Translations under genes and position numbers: made by a program | Notes under the pieces: model-generated | Database searches by the model: none | The model's input: only the letters and a program-made list of their open reading frames with translations | Told to the model about the DNA's origin: nothing | In this document: positions 42,680 to 56,302 of the stretch, in pieces | Layout of the letters: each line of letters begins with the position of its first letter | How positions within the stretch are numbered: position 1 is the first letter of the stretch | From: Paraspadella gotoi | Lineage: Eukaryota; Animalia; Chaetognatha | Direction of reading: 5' to 3' | Length of the DNA: 64,000 nucleotides | NCBI GenBank assembly: GCA_051294375.1 | Contig: CM119263.1 | Coordinates: 206,019 to 270,018, forward strand

Positions 42680-43037
42680 NNNNNNNNNNNNNNNNNNNNN
42701 NNNNNNNNNNNNNNNNNNNNNNNNNNNNNNNNNNNNNNNNNNNNNNNNNNNNNNNNNNNNNNNNNNNNNNNNNNNNNNNNNNNNNNNNNNNNNNNNNNNN
42801 NNNNNNNNNNNNNNNNNNNNNNNNNNNNNNNNNNNNNNNNNNNNNNNNNNNNNNNNNNNNNNNNNNNNNNNNNNNNNNNNNNNNNNNNNNNNNNNNNNNN
42901 NNNNNNNNNNNNNNNNNNNNNNNNNNNNNNNNNNNNNNNNNNNNNNNNNNNNNNNNNNNNNNNNNNNNNNNNNNNNNNNNNNNNNNNNNNNNNNNNNNNN
43001 NNNNNNNNNNNNNNNNNNNNNNNNNNNNNNNNNNNNN
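42680..43037. other. Assembly gap (N run); further gaps at 43435-43510 and 60316-60340
   Basis: N characters. Confidence 1.
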
Positions 43038-43130
43038 CCGAGCCTGTTTCCCCCCTCATCCGAAGCATCCCGAGTTTCACAGCGAGAGAGGGAGACGATG
43101 TGACTGAAACATTTCACGACGGTGACTGGG

Positions 43131-43165
<35 letters not shown>

Positions 43166-44021
43166 ACGATCGTGACTTTGACGATCTGCACGCTGCGTTA
43201 CGACCGTACCGACGACGACGGACGACGACCGTGACACTCGTCGGTGCTTACGTCTGGTCGGTTCGTGTCCCGACCAGGATCCACATAAAATCAACAGAAA
43301 AACTGAAATAGAGTGATGTTTCGAATAAAGAGCGGTGCAAGGAACAAGTCAGTATCTAGTAATTGTGAGAAAAGGTCTTATCACAAATCAAAAAAAGACA
43401 TCATACAAAAGTTATATAAAACTTAGAGAGAGGGNNNNNNNNNNNNNNNNNNNNNNNNNNNNNNNNNNNNNNNNNNNNNNNNNNNNNNNNNNNNNNNNNN
43501 NNNNNNNNNNGATTAATCATTAAGGGGAGATTAATCATTAAGGGGAGATTTGCGATCTTAATAAAAATAATAAAATTCATAATATTTTTGACAATTTTAC
43601 TACCTAACCTTATCCCTAACCTTAACTACTAAATTAATTTTCAAACCTAAAAAGTAACTAAATTCCGAATTTAAGAAGAAAATGGGTCTTTCTCGGAAAA
43701 TAAGGCTTTGAAATAAATAAGATATTTATAAACATTGTGAAAGAAATTTTATCTTGTCTCGGAAATCTTGAAGGATTTGCCTCGTTATAATGAAATATTA
43801 AAATATTGACAGAAAATCAAACTTCTTCTTTCAAATAATATAAATTATAATTTCGATTCCCTGTCGCGACAAAAAAAGCCAAAATCACCCAACGACGAAT
43901 GTGAATTTGTGAGGAAATCAGTTCAACGTCCGCATGATGATTTTGGTGAATTTCATTTTCAAGATGTGACTCCTTAATTGTCGACAGTCCTCGGGTCTGT
44001 GAGCGGGAGACAGTTTCGAAT

Positions 44022-44056
<35 letters not shown>

Positions 44057-44087
44057 GTTTTGAACCCACACCCCTCCTCCCTCCCTT

Positions 44088-44143
<56 letters not shown>

Positions 44144-45422
44144 TAGAGAGAGAGAAAGTGTCCTCATCTCTTTTTCGACGAAAGTTTGAGTTTCGTCAAC
44201 CGGGCGAGAGGGAGAGCGAGACAGTAACAGAGAGAGAGAGACTTTTGCTGTCTGTCCTCGTTGAAGAGAAAAACGACTTCGATATTTTTACTTTTCCAAA
44301 ACTTTTAAATTTTTCGAGGAATGACAAAGACGAGATGAGATGAGATTCATGAGAGGGTCAGATATGTCGTTGACTTGATATAACATGAACCTTGTTTCAG
44401 CCGCTTGCTTGCTTGCTTGCTCGCTCGCTTGGTCGCGATTTTATAGAGCAAAATTTGACTTTTTTTTCATAATTTACTTTTTAATTGTCAAAGGTGAAAT
44501 AATTAATCGACTCATAAATGTTTCGTCAACAAAACAATTACTGTTTCTTTTTTATTTCTATTTAGTCCAACTAGTGACGCGCTTGTGTAATATCCTTTTT
44601 TTTTATCGCCTTCGGCTCTGGTATATCTTTGAGGATCTACAAAAAATTATTTATTTGACAATTTATTAAAATTGATGATCGAACTTAAAATTCATCGTTG
44701 CGACGGGAAGGCGTAGTGACGCTTTCATTTGAGTCCCAGGCGAGGCTCTTCTCTTCTCTTTTCTTTTCTTTTATTTTCCTTTCTTTTCTTTTTCTTTCTT
44801 TTATTTTCCTTTCTTTTATTTTCCTTTTTTTAATTTTCCTTTCTTTTCTTCTCGTTTCTTTTCCTTTATATCCCCACTCACCCCAAACTTCAAATCCGTT
44901 CCCCCAACCCAAGACCCCATCCACCCAATCCACCCCTCTCACCCCATCAACCCGATCAACCCCATCACCATCTCCATCACTAAAAACAGTCACGATCTCA
45001 GTCCAACCAAAGTCCAACCATGGGATCCGGATGTAACCCACCCATCGAATCCCACCTTGTGACCCGGATGTAACCCACCCATCGAACCCCACCTTGTGAC
45101 CTTAAAATCGACCCTACATTATCGACCCAGCCTCCTCTTCCTTCCGATCCACATCGAGGGTCGCGAATCTGACCCCAAATGCGACGCCGGATAGCAGGAG
45201 ACGCAGCAGCCGCAGATGCCGCCGCAGCCGCAGCCGCAGCCGACGTCGCGGTCGCAGCCGCTGCAGCTGCGGCTCTTCCTGCAGTCCCCATTTTCTCCTT
45301 CTATAGACTGACTTCTCTAGACTTGCCTAAAAATTATCTTAAGCTTTGCCTCTTTTGATTCTACTCCTGTTCGTTCGCTATTTCAACTCTTCCCTCCAAT
45401 TTTTCACTCTCTCTCTCTCTCT

Positions 45423-46214
45423 ATGCCCAGCAAAATCTAAATGTATCCTTATTACAAGATGTCCTTCTTTAAAAAACTATGATGTAAAACTTTTTTTATT
45501 CAATGAGAGAATCCCTGTTTGTGACACAGTATACTTTCTAGGATGTACAATTGACCAGAAACTTACATGGACAACCCATATTAATGACTTATTTTTTAAA
45601 GCAAAGTCGAAAATATTAGCAATTAATAGAATTTCTCGTTATATTACAGGAGATAATTTTAAATTAGTTCATCAACTATTTTCATCACTAGTAGTTTCAT
45701 TGTTTTTATATTCATCACCATGTTTTTTATCTGCTGGTTCTTATCACTGGGAAAAATTTGATAAATTACAATTACGAGCAATTAAAGTCTTTCATAAGTT
45801 TCCTATTCATATAGATCAAAATATTGCCTTGGATGCAGCAAGCATGATCCCACTTACTGAATACGTAAAAAATATATCTGTACAAAGAATAAAACGAATT
45901 ATAAAAACTAACTCATTATTTGATAGTATTATCAATAACATTGCGATTAATACTGTTTACACTAATGTATCACCAATAGAACGCTTGTTGGGGTGGGATC
46001 GGGTTTCCAACAAAAATGTCTGCTTAAATTGTGAGTTAGAAAGAGCCCATGCCTATTGTCCACTAGAATATTAGAATTGATCAGTTGTTCAGTACCATAA
46101 AAACTCAAAAAACTATTAATACTTACAAATCATAAGATAAGGTAGCTTTTTAGGGCTGTTTAAAGTACAAGCCTAAAGCTCGCACTTTTGTTTTTCAAAT
46201 TCAAATTCAAAATT
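45423..46214 (+). mobile_element. 5'-truncated non-LTR retrotransposon (LINE; I/Jockey-group-like RT C-terminus)
   Basis: Open frame to 46074 with CPAKSKCILI, YFLGCTIDQKLTWTTHI, LFLYSSPCF, KLQLRAIK and a terminal CxxC..H..C motif; short 3' UTR with a (TTCAAA)n tail; (CT)n on both flanks. Confidence 0.85.
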
Positions 46215-47240
46215 CTCTCTCTCTCTCTCTCTCTCTCTCTGACCCTTTCACTCCTTTTCCACGTATACCCTTGCTTCCTTCCTTTGCTCCTCTCTCCCTC
46301 TCACTCACTTCTCGCTCCTTCTTCCCATACTCCCACTTTCCGCTTTGCTCCTCTCTCCCTCTCCTCCTTCTCGCTCCTATTCCCCTTTTCCTCACAGCTC
46401 CAGTTACTTCCCTTCCCCCGGGTCACGAACCGATCGGGGAGAGCGGAGACCCGAGGAGGTGACTTCAATGACGACGATCACAATGACGATCACAATGACG
46501 ATCACAATGACGATGACAATGACGATGGGGACGACGATCGCGACGATGACAATGACAACGATGACAAAGACGATGACGACAATGATTTTGAAGAGGACAA
46601 AGACGACATCTACTGTTGACTGATGATGATGACATAAAACTCGTTTAAGAAATAAAAATGAGAAATTAGTTTAGAGTATTTCCTTATTTATTCACGTGAT
46701 AGACGATGACACTGATTAGTGATTATGATGACAGTGATTCACTGCGAGTTTTATCGGCGACAACAAAAAACGACGATCGAAAGGCTGAGTTGGTGACGAC
46801 GACTACGACGACGACGACGACGACGACGACGGGGACGATCGAGTATCTGAAAGGCTGGTGACTTTACTCCCAGAGAGACGATGATGATAATTTGATACAC
46901 TTTTTTTTCTCTTTTGCATTATTGCAAATTCATGGGCTCAAAATAGTTTTAAAATTAAAATATTATAAAAAATGTACTGCATATAATTACCATTTTAAAA
47001 AACCGGAATTTCAACAAACAAATATGTATATCACAAGCAGACGCTGCTATTATAATAATATCATTAAATTATAAAAATATTAATATATTAATACTAAAGA
47101 ACAATAAAGAATCAGAAATACTTCTGCGTTGATCACAGGACAGATTTTGTGAGAGGAGGAGGAGGAGGAGGAGGAGGAGGAGGAGGAAGAGGATGAGGAG
47201 GATGTGGACGAATTGATGAGTTTAAAACTGGTGAGATAAG

Positions 47241-47318
<78 letters not shown>

Positions 47319-47903
47319 GTGACCGAGGAAGATTGTGGGGGGAGAAGGAGGAGGAGGCGGAGGAGGAGAGGAGGAGGAGGAAGAGGAAGATCGGTCGTGA
47401 GAAGAGAAAGAGGTGTGCAGGGGGGGGTGATGGATATCACGGATGTGAAAAAACCGAATGTAATAAACGAAGTGATAAAGAAGTCGTCTTGTGGTGAGAG
47501 ACAGTTGTGATATAAGCGTTGTGATAAATGCTCTTTTAATATGAAGATGGGAAAAAAAATCTATGAAGTAACACAGAAAGGACAATTTTCATTAAATATC
47601 AGTAATTAAATAAATCTAGATTATGTAGAATTAAAATTTGCTATAATGAAATAATAATGTAAGTCAATAAGGTTAAAAAAACTATGATAGACAAAACTAG
47701 ATCACAAAGACAAGGACAAAGATGAGTAGGAGGACAAGAATCAAGAATGACAAACATGTGAGGCCAAAGATGAGGACAAAGATGAAAATGATGACGACGA
47801 GCGCTTTTCTCCTCATTTGACCTCATAATCGTGAGGAATGAGGCGAGTCTTGAGGTTGTCAACCTAATGAGAGATAGAAAGTTCACAGAGAGAAAGGGAG
47901 AGG

Positions 47904-47965
<62 letters not shown>

Positions 47966-48255
47966 AGGGATTATATTGTGTCTCGCTTCTGATTTTTTTT
48001 CCGCTGAAATTGGATGAATTGACATCAATACGAGAAGAGATAAAAAATTTGACGTCTTAACAAAGAGAACGAGATCTATATTTAATTAAAACAACAACGA
48101 CGACAATGACGACGACGACAAAGATGACAAAGGAACATTGATGATGATAACGATGGTGACGACGACGACGACGACGACGACGAAAAAAAGCGGGAAACCT
48201 TAAGAGGAAATGGAAGAATGAAATCGACTAGAAGGTGAATTCTTAGAATCTGAAC

Positions 48256-48314
<59 letters not shown>

Positions 48315-49409
48315 TCTTTGAGGATCAAAGGTCAATCTAGTTTCGCTCATCTCAACCCAGGGAATATCGGGGGAGGGACTGTTCAGCTCGAATCTCTCGA
48401 TCACAATGATAAATGAAATACGATTACTCAAAAATAATTCATATAATATGCTAAAATTTTTAACACGTAAACAATTGTTATAGGGGCATGTTACATATCT
48501 AAATTAATTTAAAGATTTAACTTAAACCAAGTCAATCAATCTCTATAGAGATGATATCTGTGGATGAAAAAAGAAAGAAGTTGAATCTCAACTCACGAAA
48601 TTCATCTTCGGAATAAAGAAGATGAAGACGGAGAGAGGTGAGGTGATTCGGGTGAGGAGTCTCGAGGAGGAGGAGGAGGAGGAGAGGAGGAAGAAGAGGA
48701 AGAGGGGGATGAGGAAGAGGAATGAGGAGGAAGAGGAAGAGCAACAGAATCATCTTTTGACTTAAATATTCCATTCATTGTTATAAATATTATAATCATT
48801 ATTGATTTCAAAGCATTCAAATGAATTATAGATAATGATATAAGAATTAAAATCATGTCTTAAGTCAGAATCACAAGTCTGAATATCTATCACATCATCA
48901 GTTAGAATCGCTTCCAATTAGAAGTTACAAAATTATTTGTTGCAATAAATTAAATTTTTTACAAAACTATTTTCACGCTATAGCAACGTACATTTGCATC
49001 ACATTGTTGCGTTTGAGAGGACGAATTTTAGTGCAAACATCCTTGAGTGGCTACTAATTCATTCATTTTATTAGCTCATCTAGAAGCAGAATTACGTCCC
49101 CCTTAATAATCGTAAATATCGCGAGAAATTCAACCGAGAGAAAGCCAAGAGTTTATTGCGCAGAAAATACAATGACTCGAGAGTCAAGAAGTAAGAAGGC
49201 GTTTCCATGGAAACGACGCACACGGGCGAAACTGAAATTGTTAGAATCGTATTGGTCCTTGTCCTTGTCCTTGTCCTTTTTATTTGTTATCTTCGTTCAT
49301 ATGTATATCTTTGTATATATTCTCTAAACTACATTAACTCCTCTTCACACTTCTCTTTTCTTATTTATTTTCTTTTCTGGTTTTCCCTTTTTCGTTCGTA
49401 CACATTTTT

Positions 49410-49690
49410 ATAAGTTGCGCCGTGAGTACTCGCGGTCGGTCGGTCTGTCGGTATGTCTGTCCGTCGGTCGGTCATTTTCTAATTTAAGAGACTGCTAGCG
49501 CTGCCTTTAGGAAAACTATAAAGAACAAAAGACGTAATTCCTATGCAGTGTGTGTCTTATAAATACATGGGCTAAAAAGTTATTGTAGTCATGTCATGTC
49601 ACGTCATGATATGTCATATCATATCATATCATGTCATGTCATGAAAAATACTTGTGATAAGGCAGTCACTGCGGCGCAACACATTTATTT
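49410..49690 (+). mobile_element. HINE/DINE-1-like non-autonomous Helentron
   Basis: AGTTGCGCCGTG ... CACTGCGGCGCAAC subterminal inverted repeats, a (GGTC/TGTC)n tract near the 5' end and T-rich flanks. Related ends at ~56638 and ~57813-57848. Confidence 0.62.
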
Positions 49691-49864
49691 ATTTATTTTT
49701 ATTTAGGTATTTATTTATTTATTTATTATTTAATTTCTATGAATAAAGTTTGTTTACAAATGGTTCATATTAATGCGACGACTACAACCGCGATGATAAA
49801 CAAAAACAAAACAAAAACAAAAACAACGATAAATGCAATAACGAACACGACGACGATAACGATC

Positions 49865-49896
<32 letters not shown>

Positions 49897-50172
49897 CGTG
49901 TTGCGACAGCATAGCATCGTCGTCGTCGTTGTCGTCGTCGTCATTCCACGAGTGAAATTCAGTTTTGATTTATTCCCCTCGCTCGCAGGTGGCAAGTTGC
50001 CAGTGGAGCGTTGCAAATGGCGAATGGCAGACGCGCGAGTGGGTAATGCCAGTAAAGGCGAATGGCGAACTGCAGGTACGGCACTGCGACATTAAATGAT
50101 CTTGACAACGACGAATATAAAAGCAACGATGACGTAAAAAGCGTCTATGACGTAAATACGACGACGGAGACC

Positions 50173-50206
<34 letters not shown>

Positions 50207-50852
50207 AGACGACAGGGATGACGACGACGGGGACGACGACGACGACGACGACGACGACTGTAAAGACGACGACGAAACGAAGTCTAAAATGAAAGAATGC
50301 CGAGTGAACGTTCGACCGGAAGGGCGTGGCCACTGGCCAGAAGGATATTAAAGGCGTGAATGAGGTGAAGCGGTTAGAGTAAAGGATTTGAATGACGTGG
50401 CGTGGCTTGACGTGGCGTAGAATGGCGTGTCGTGGCGTTGCATAGCGTGACGTGGCGGGCAGATTACTATGAGAGTGACCTAAAATATGTTAATGACGTT
50501 GCGTGAAAGTTATGAAAACCCCGTTTGTGAAAGATAGAAAGATTGTGTGATTGTGGATGTAGATTTTAGACTGTAGAGTCATATGGTAGTAATTCAGAGA
50601 CACTGATCGTAAAAACATTGTGACATGGTCACATGATCACTTGGTAACAACATGGACTGGACTTTACCCGCAACGTAAGACCGATTCTTTGCCTCGGATT
50701 TCCATTCCCCAAATCATGAAGCAGAAAATATTCTGAAAAAATATTGTTTTCTCTTCTGCGTTCGACGGGAAAACGAAAGAAAACTTTTTTCTCCTCGCGT
50801 CGCATTAGTCGTTAAAAAAAACGTCTGTCAGCATCGCTGGGTCTCTCACGCG

Positions 50853-51900
50853 ACCATATGTGGCAATCTGGGACCGGCTATGGCAATCTGTCGGCCATAT
50901 TGGCAATCTGGAGACCTATGGCAATCTTGGCCATATGTGGGCAATCTGGACCGGCAGTGTATGCAATCTGTGGCAATCTGGGGACCGGCTAGTGCAATCT
51001 GTGGCCATATGTGGCAATTCTAGGGATCGGCTTATGGCATATCTGTGGCCATATGTGGCAATCTGGGACCGGCTATGGCAATCAGCGGGCCAATTATTAG
51101 CAATCTCATTCGTTGGACCGCCGCTTCCAAGCATATCCAAGAATCTGTCAGCCAACTCATTCGTTGGGCCGCCGCTTCCAAGCATCTGTCAGCCAACTCA
51201 TTTGTTGGGCCGCTTGCTTCCAAGCATATCCAAGCATCTGTCAGCCAACTCATTCGTTGGGCCACTTGCTTCCAAGCATATCCAAGCATCTGTCAGCCAA
51301 CTTATTCGTTGGGCCGCTTGCTTCCAAGCATATCCAAGCATCTGTCAGCCAAACTCATTCGTTGGGCCGCTTGCTACCAAGCATCTGTCAGCCAACTCAT
51401 TTGTTGGGCCGCTTGCTTCCAAGCATATCCAAGCATCTGTCAGCCAACTCATTCGTTGGGCCGCTTGCTTCCAAGCATCTGTCAGCCAACTCATTCGTTG
51501 AGCCGCTTGCTTCCAAGCATTTCCAAGCATCTGTCAGCCAACTCATTTGTTGGGCCGCTTGCTTCCACCTTCGCAATCATTCGGCAAAAAAAAACCTTGG
51601 TTCGTTCAACTGAAAGGTTAACGCGTTTTCCAGTTTCGGTTTAATCAACGACGCGAAACGACTGAGGCGAAAGGAAAACGCCCTCTCTCGGTTCCTATCG
51701 AGAATTCCGACAGGGAATCCCGGTCCATTCAGGATATAATAATCCCGGAAACAAGTTACATCCGGTTCCATTCAGGATATAATAATCCCGGAAACAAGTT
51801 ACATCCGGTTGCATTCGGGATATAATAATCTCAGAAACAAGTTACATCCGGTTCCATTCGGGATATAATAATCTCAGAAACAAGTTACATCCGGTTGGGT
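50853..51900. repeat. Three adjacent minisatellites (GGCAATCTG-based, ~52-bp and ~42-bp units)
   Basis: 50853-51085 GGCAATCTG units; 51100-51570 GCCAACTCATTCGTTGGGCCGCTTGCTTCCAAGCATATCCAAGCATCTGTCA; 51720-51900 CCATTCAGGATATAATAATCCCGGAAACAAGTTACATCCGGTT. Confidence 0.92.
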
Positions 51901-53276
51901 TCGGATTAAACGAAAAATGTTTCAAGAGGGCGTGACGGTTTCGTGTTTTGTGTCAATTCTTTCTCCGACTTTCACCTGGTTTTACATGTTCCTTAAAAAT
52001 GTAAATAGTACCATCTTGCTATGGATTCAAACTCACCCTTCAGAATATTAATCGATTTTTCCCTCATGTTTCCAATAATTCCAGCAAGTTTTCCATCATT
52101 TTTCCATTACACTTGACCCTAATTCCAGCGAGTTTTTCCCTCAAGTTGAGCGATCGATTTTCGAGCGTCAAACGTGAAGCGAATAAAAACACTGGGCGAG
52201 AAGTTTTCTCATTCTGAGGTTAAGTTTAAAATCGTTGAACCGAAATCTTAAAAAAAACAAATGGCCCCCACGCTTGTAGACTTTCGAGTAGGAAGAATGA
52301 GATTAAATGTTATATGTTATATATTAGTTTTTTCAGTTGTCAAAAGACTATCCATACGAACGTAAATTAAATAAAAATCAATGTGAAGATAGTCAAATTC
52401 TCATAAATAAGTCTTAGTAACATAAATCTCTCAACGTTGGGAAAGAGTTTTTCTCATTTTCGACGTTTTTTGTCAAAAGTTGTTTTGCTACATTTTCATT
52501 CATTTTTATAAAGATAGCGATGACGACGACAACGACGACGACGACAACGACGACGATAATGACGACAGGGAGGAAGTCAGTTTCTCACCAATTCGCTCGG
52601 GACACGAAACGTTTCCAGAATTTTTTTCCCTTCAGTTTGCGTCTTCTATATTTTCCAACGCGTCTTACTTTTCTTCTCTTTTACTTAATTTTCTTTCCTT
52701 GCCCTCAATTTACTTACCCTTCCATTTTTCTTTTCCTTTTCTTCTCTTTTACCTACTTTTCTTTCCTTCTTCCCTTCACATTACATACCCCTCCATTTTT
52801 CCTTTCCTTTTACTTACTTTTCTCCTCTCCTCGTCCTTTCTTTCTTTCCTTCATTCTTTCCCCTTTTCCTTTCTTCATTTTTTTCCTTTTAATTTGGTCC
52901 AAGTTTCTTTTCTTTATTCTTTTTTTTTCTTTCCACGTTTCACTCATTTTCTTTTTTTTCCATCAGACTGAATGAGACGGACAAAGAGACAGAAAGATAG
53001 ACAAACGGATAGACAGAAATCTTTCTCCCCTTTTCTGCTGACCTTAAAATACCAAGTATCTCTTTCTCTGGAATGAAACACCTTTTTTATTCTCAGGAGA
53101 TAAACAAAAAGTGTTTTGTGAGGAAAAAAAAGTCGTTTAACATCGATTTGTGACAGGAAATGTATTTAGTGACAGAAGTTGTCCTATTTATAACCCAACG
53201 GACCAATCGATTGTGAAGGTGAAAAAAAAACTCACTGTGATTTCTAAAGACGAAACAACAAAGATTCGTTTGATGA

Positions 53277-53308
<32 letters not shown>

Positions 53309-53488
53309 GAAAAGTCCTTGGACGAAAATATCCAAAACAAAATGAGATGAAGACGATGAAGGAGAATACAATGTATTACAATACAATCATGTACAATGTA
53401 TTACAATACAATCATGTACACGTGCTTTCCTGCATTTCTTACAAGCTCTCCTGCAGAACTTTTTTTTTGGCGCCTGCGTCTCTCTCTC

Positions 53489-53546
<58 letters not shown>

Positions 53547-53747
53547 CGTTTTAGAGTCTCGCTCTCTCTCTTCTTGTCCACCTGTGTCTTCGCCTTATGG
53601 TCTCGCTGATTCTCTTTCTCATAACTTCCTTCACTGACTTTCAGGTTATTATTCATCCAATTATGTGAAAACAAACTAATTGTTGCGTTCATTAACATTA
53701 ACATATTTGCATTATTTAGTTTTAAATTAACTGAAATGATTTACTAC

Positions 53748-54000
53748 TTAAGGGAGTGGTCTTTTAATACAATTGAAATATTCTTTGAAATAATATATCA
53801 CGTTATAGGAAATAAAGAGAGTGAATAAACGAGACTGTGAGAGAGTCTTGATTGAAAGCTTGCAGGGACCTGCTATGTCATTATCTTGTAAGAGTGATGG
53901 AGGTCTTAAACCACCAAAGCCTGTCCAAAGTCAGGGGCAAGATAACTTGTTTATTAAATGAATGGGTAATTTTTACATATATTGATTGTTTCAATTTCTT
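53748..54000 (+). repeat. Dispersed repeat family C, longest copy
   Basis: High similarity to the reverse complement of 41712-41893. Confidence 0.75.
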
Positions 54001-54220
54001 TTCAAAGGTATTTTCTAAACATATGTTTAAGAATAGTATCATTATTAGATATTCTAAGATTTAATGATATTATGTAATTTTTCGCTTATTTCTGCTACTG
54101 ATGTCTTTTGTTTTCTCTATTTTGCTTTCGTCTTGTTTGTTTTTCTCTTGATTGCGTTTGTCTCTTCTTATTTTCATGTCGTTAGACCACCAGCAATTTT
54201 TAGGCCTCAGGAAGGAGATC

Positions 54221-54345
<125 letters not shown>

Positions 54346-55299
54346 CCGGGCGATAAACCATCGTCCCTGACTCGCTTCACACAACGTCGACTCTGAAGAA
54401 AAAAGGCGACGAAGCTGATGTGAATCTCAATTATTTTTTAATTAGAATCGAATTTAATTTTCCTTCTTTCAGTTTCAAAAAGTAAAAAAAATATAAATGA
54501 ATGATAAATAAATGATAAATGTTTTAACTTAACAGTTCACATTTACTACTCCCATTACAACGGATTATTTAATTGTATAAATAGAATAATCTTCACAATT
54601 TACATTTGGAATATTTATTTATTCCATAGTCAATGGATCCGTTCCCCCTTAACTTAAGTCATTCTTATGATTTTTGTTTCGCCAAAAATCGAGAAAATAT
54701 TTAATTCGATTTCCTTTCTATTTTTTGAATTTTCTATCTCTTTCTATTCTATCTTCTATCTATCTATCTCTTTTCTAGTTTTTCTAGCTCTTTCTTCTTT
54801 CCCCTTCTTTTTTTTCTTTTCTTCCTCTTTTTTTTTTCTATCTCTTTCTTTTCCTTTCTTTTTTTTATATTTTTTCCTTTCTTTCCTTTTTTTACTTATT
54901 TTCCTCATCTTTTCTTTTTTTCTTTTCATCCTTTTCAATCTTTCTTTACTTTATATTTTTCATTCCTTTTCTTTTTCCTTCCTTTCTTTTCCTTTCATTT
55001 TCTCCCTTTCTTTTTCCTTTCTTTTCTTTTCTTTTCCTTTTTTCTCCTTTTCTTTTTCATTTTTTCTTTTCCTCCCTCTCTCTTCCCTCACCGCAGACGG
55101 CGCTTCTCTTGTTTTTTTCGGGTCAAAGGTCAGTTCGCGGAAGAAGGGAAGAGGGGGCGGGCCCTGGGGGGGGGGAAGAGAAAGGGGGCGGGCCAGGGGG
55201 AGAGGAGATAGAGTCTAAGTTGAGAAAAACAGAAGATGATGAATATGATTCAGTTGAAAATTAAATAAAGTTGAGATGATAAGCTAAAATTTGTATCGA

Positions 55300-55383
<84 letters not shown>

Positions 55384-55887
55384 CAAAACGTCGGATGCTA
55401 AAAATGAATCACAAATTCCGTGAAAAGAATCTCCAGTCGCGAGATCATGACTTTGACTTTTTCCAGGTGAATCCGAGAAAAACGATACGACGACGACGAC
55501 GAAGACAACGACGATAATGATGATGACGACGACAAGGGCGACTTTGATGGGCCTGGCGAACTGACCAAAGTCAATGACATTCTATTGATTGATTGATTGA
55601 TTGATTAATTTGATTGAATTGATTGACTCTTTTATAATCCCGAGTTACTTGTTCGGAGATGGAAAGGGTTGACCGGTTGACGCCATCAAATTTAACTTGA
55701 CGCGAAAGGATAAGAGAAGATAGATGGCAGCACCAGAGGTTCGGGCGCGTAATTGACCAGGGGTCAATGTTGGGTCAAAGTTCAGTCAGCGATGCGAAGA
55801 CGACGACGACGACGACGACGACGACGGAAAATCGAGTGAGTCGAGATTTCGAGCAACAAAAACCGACCGACCGATTGATGATAAGAA

Positions 55888-56302
55888 CGGCCATATTTTC
55901 CAAATAAGCCTCTTTTCAGTTTAAATTCAGAATTGAGTAATTTTTTATCTTTTTTTAACGTTCAAGGTTTGAGCTTAAGAATTTGGGTTAAGAGTTAATT
56001 TAGGTATTAGGGTATTAGGGTATTAGGGTATTAGGGTTAGGTATTAATGTAATTCAAGTTTAGTTAAATATTAATTTTTTTATATTTATAAAATATATTT
56101 TATTATTTTTATATATACAAATTTAAATAATTTTTCACAACTTTTCTTTGTGTTGAAAAAGGTTCGTATCACAGCTTAAACATGTTCACTTTCAAAATAA
56201 AATTTATAAATATTAAAAACCTTTTTATTTTAATAAATGATATGATTAAAATAAATTAAGGCAATAGGAACAAAGATGGGACACATTTGGAAAATAGAGC
56301 CG
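55888..56302. mobile_element. ~415-bp MITE-like element with internal (TATTAGGG)4
   Basis: Inverted ends CGGCCATATTTTCCAAAT / ATTTGGAAAATAGAGCCG. Confidence 0.55.

Noticed and set aside
44998-45310. Ala-rich GC block as a coding exon
   Set aside because: It is a (GCC/GCA)n-like repeat next to a 37-bp tandem duplication, with no recognisable domain or coherent splice partners.
50390-50460. Cluster of TGACGTGG (CRE/UPRE-like) sites
   Set aside because: Better explained as a degenerate pentamer repeat; no nearby promoter identified.
50853-51900. Regular repeats resembling a CRISPR array or a repeat protein
   Set aside because: Units are head-to-tail without unique spacers, the context is eukaryotic and there are no cas genes.
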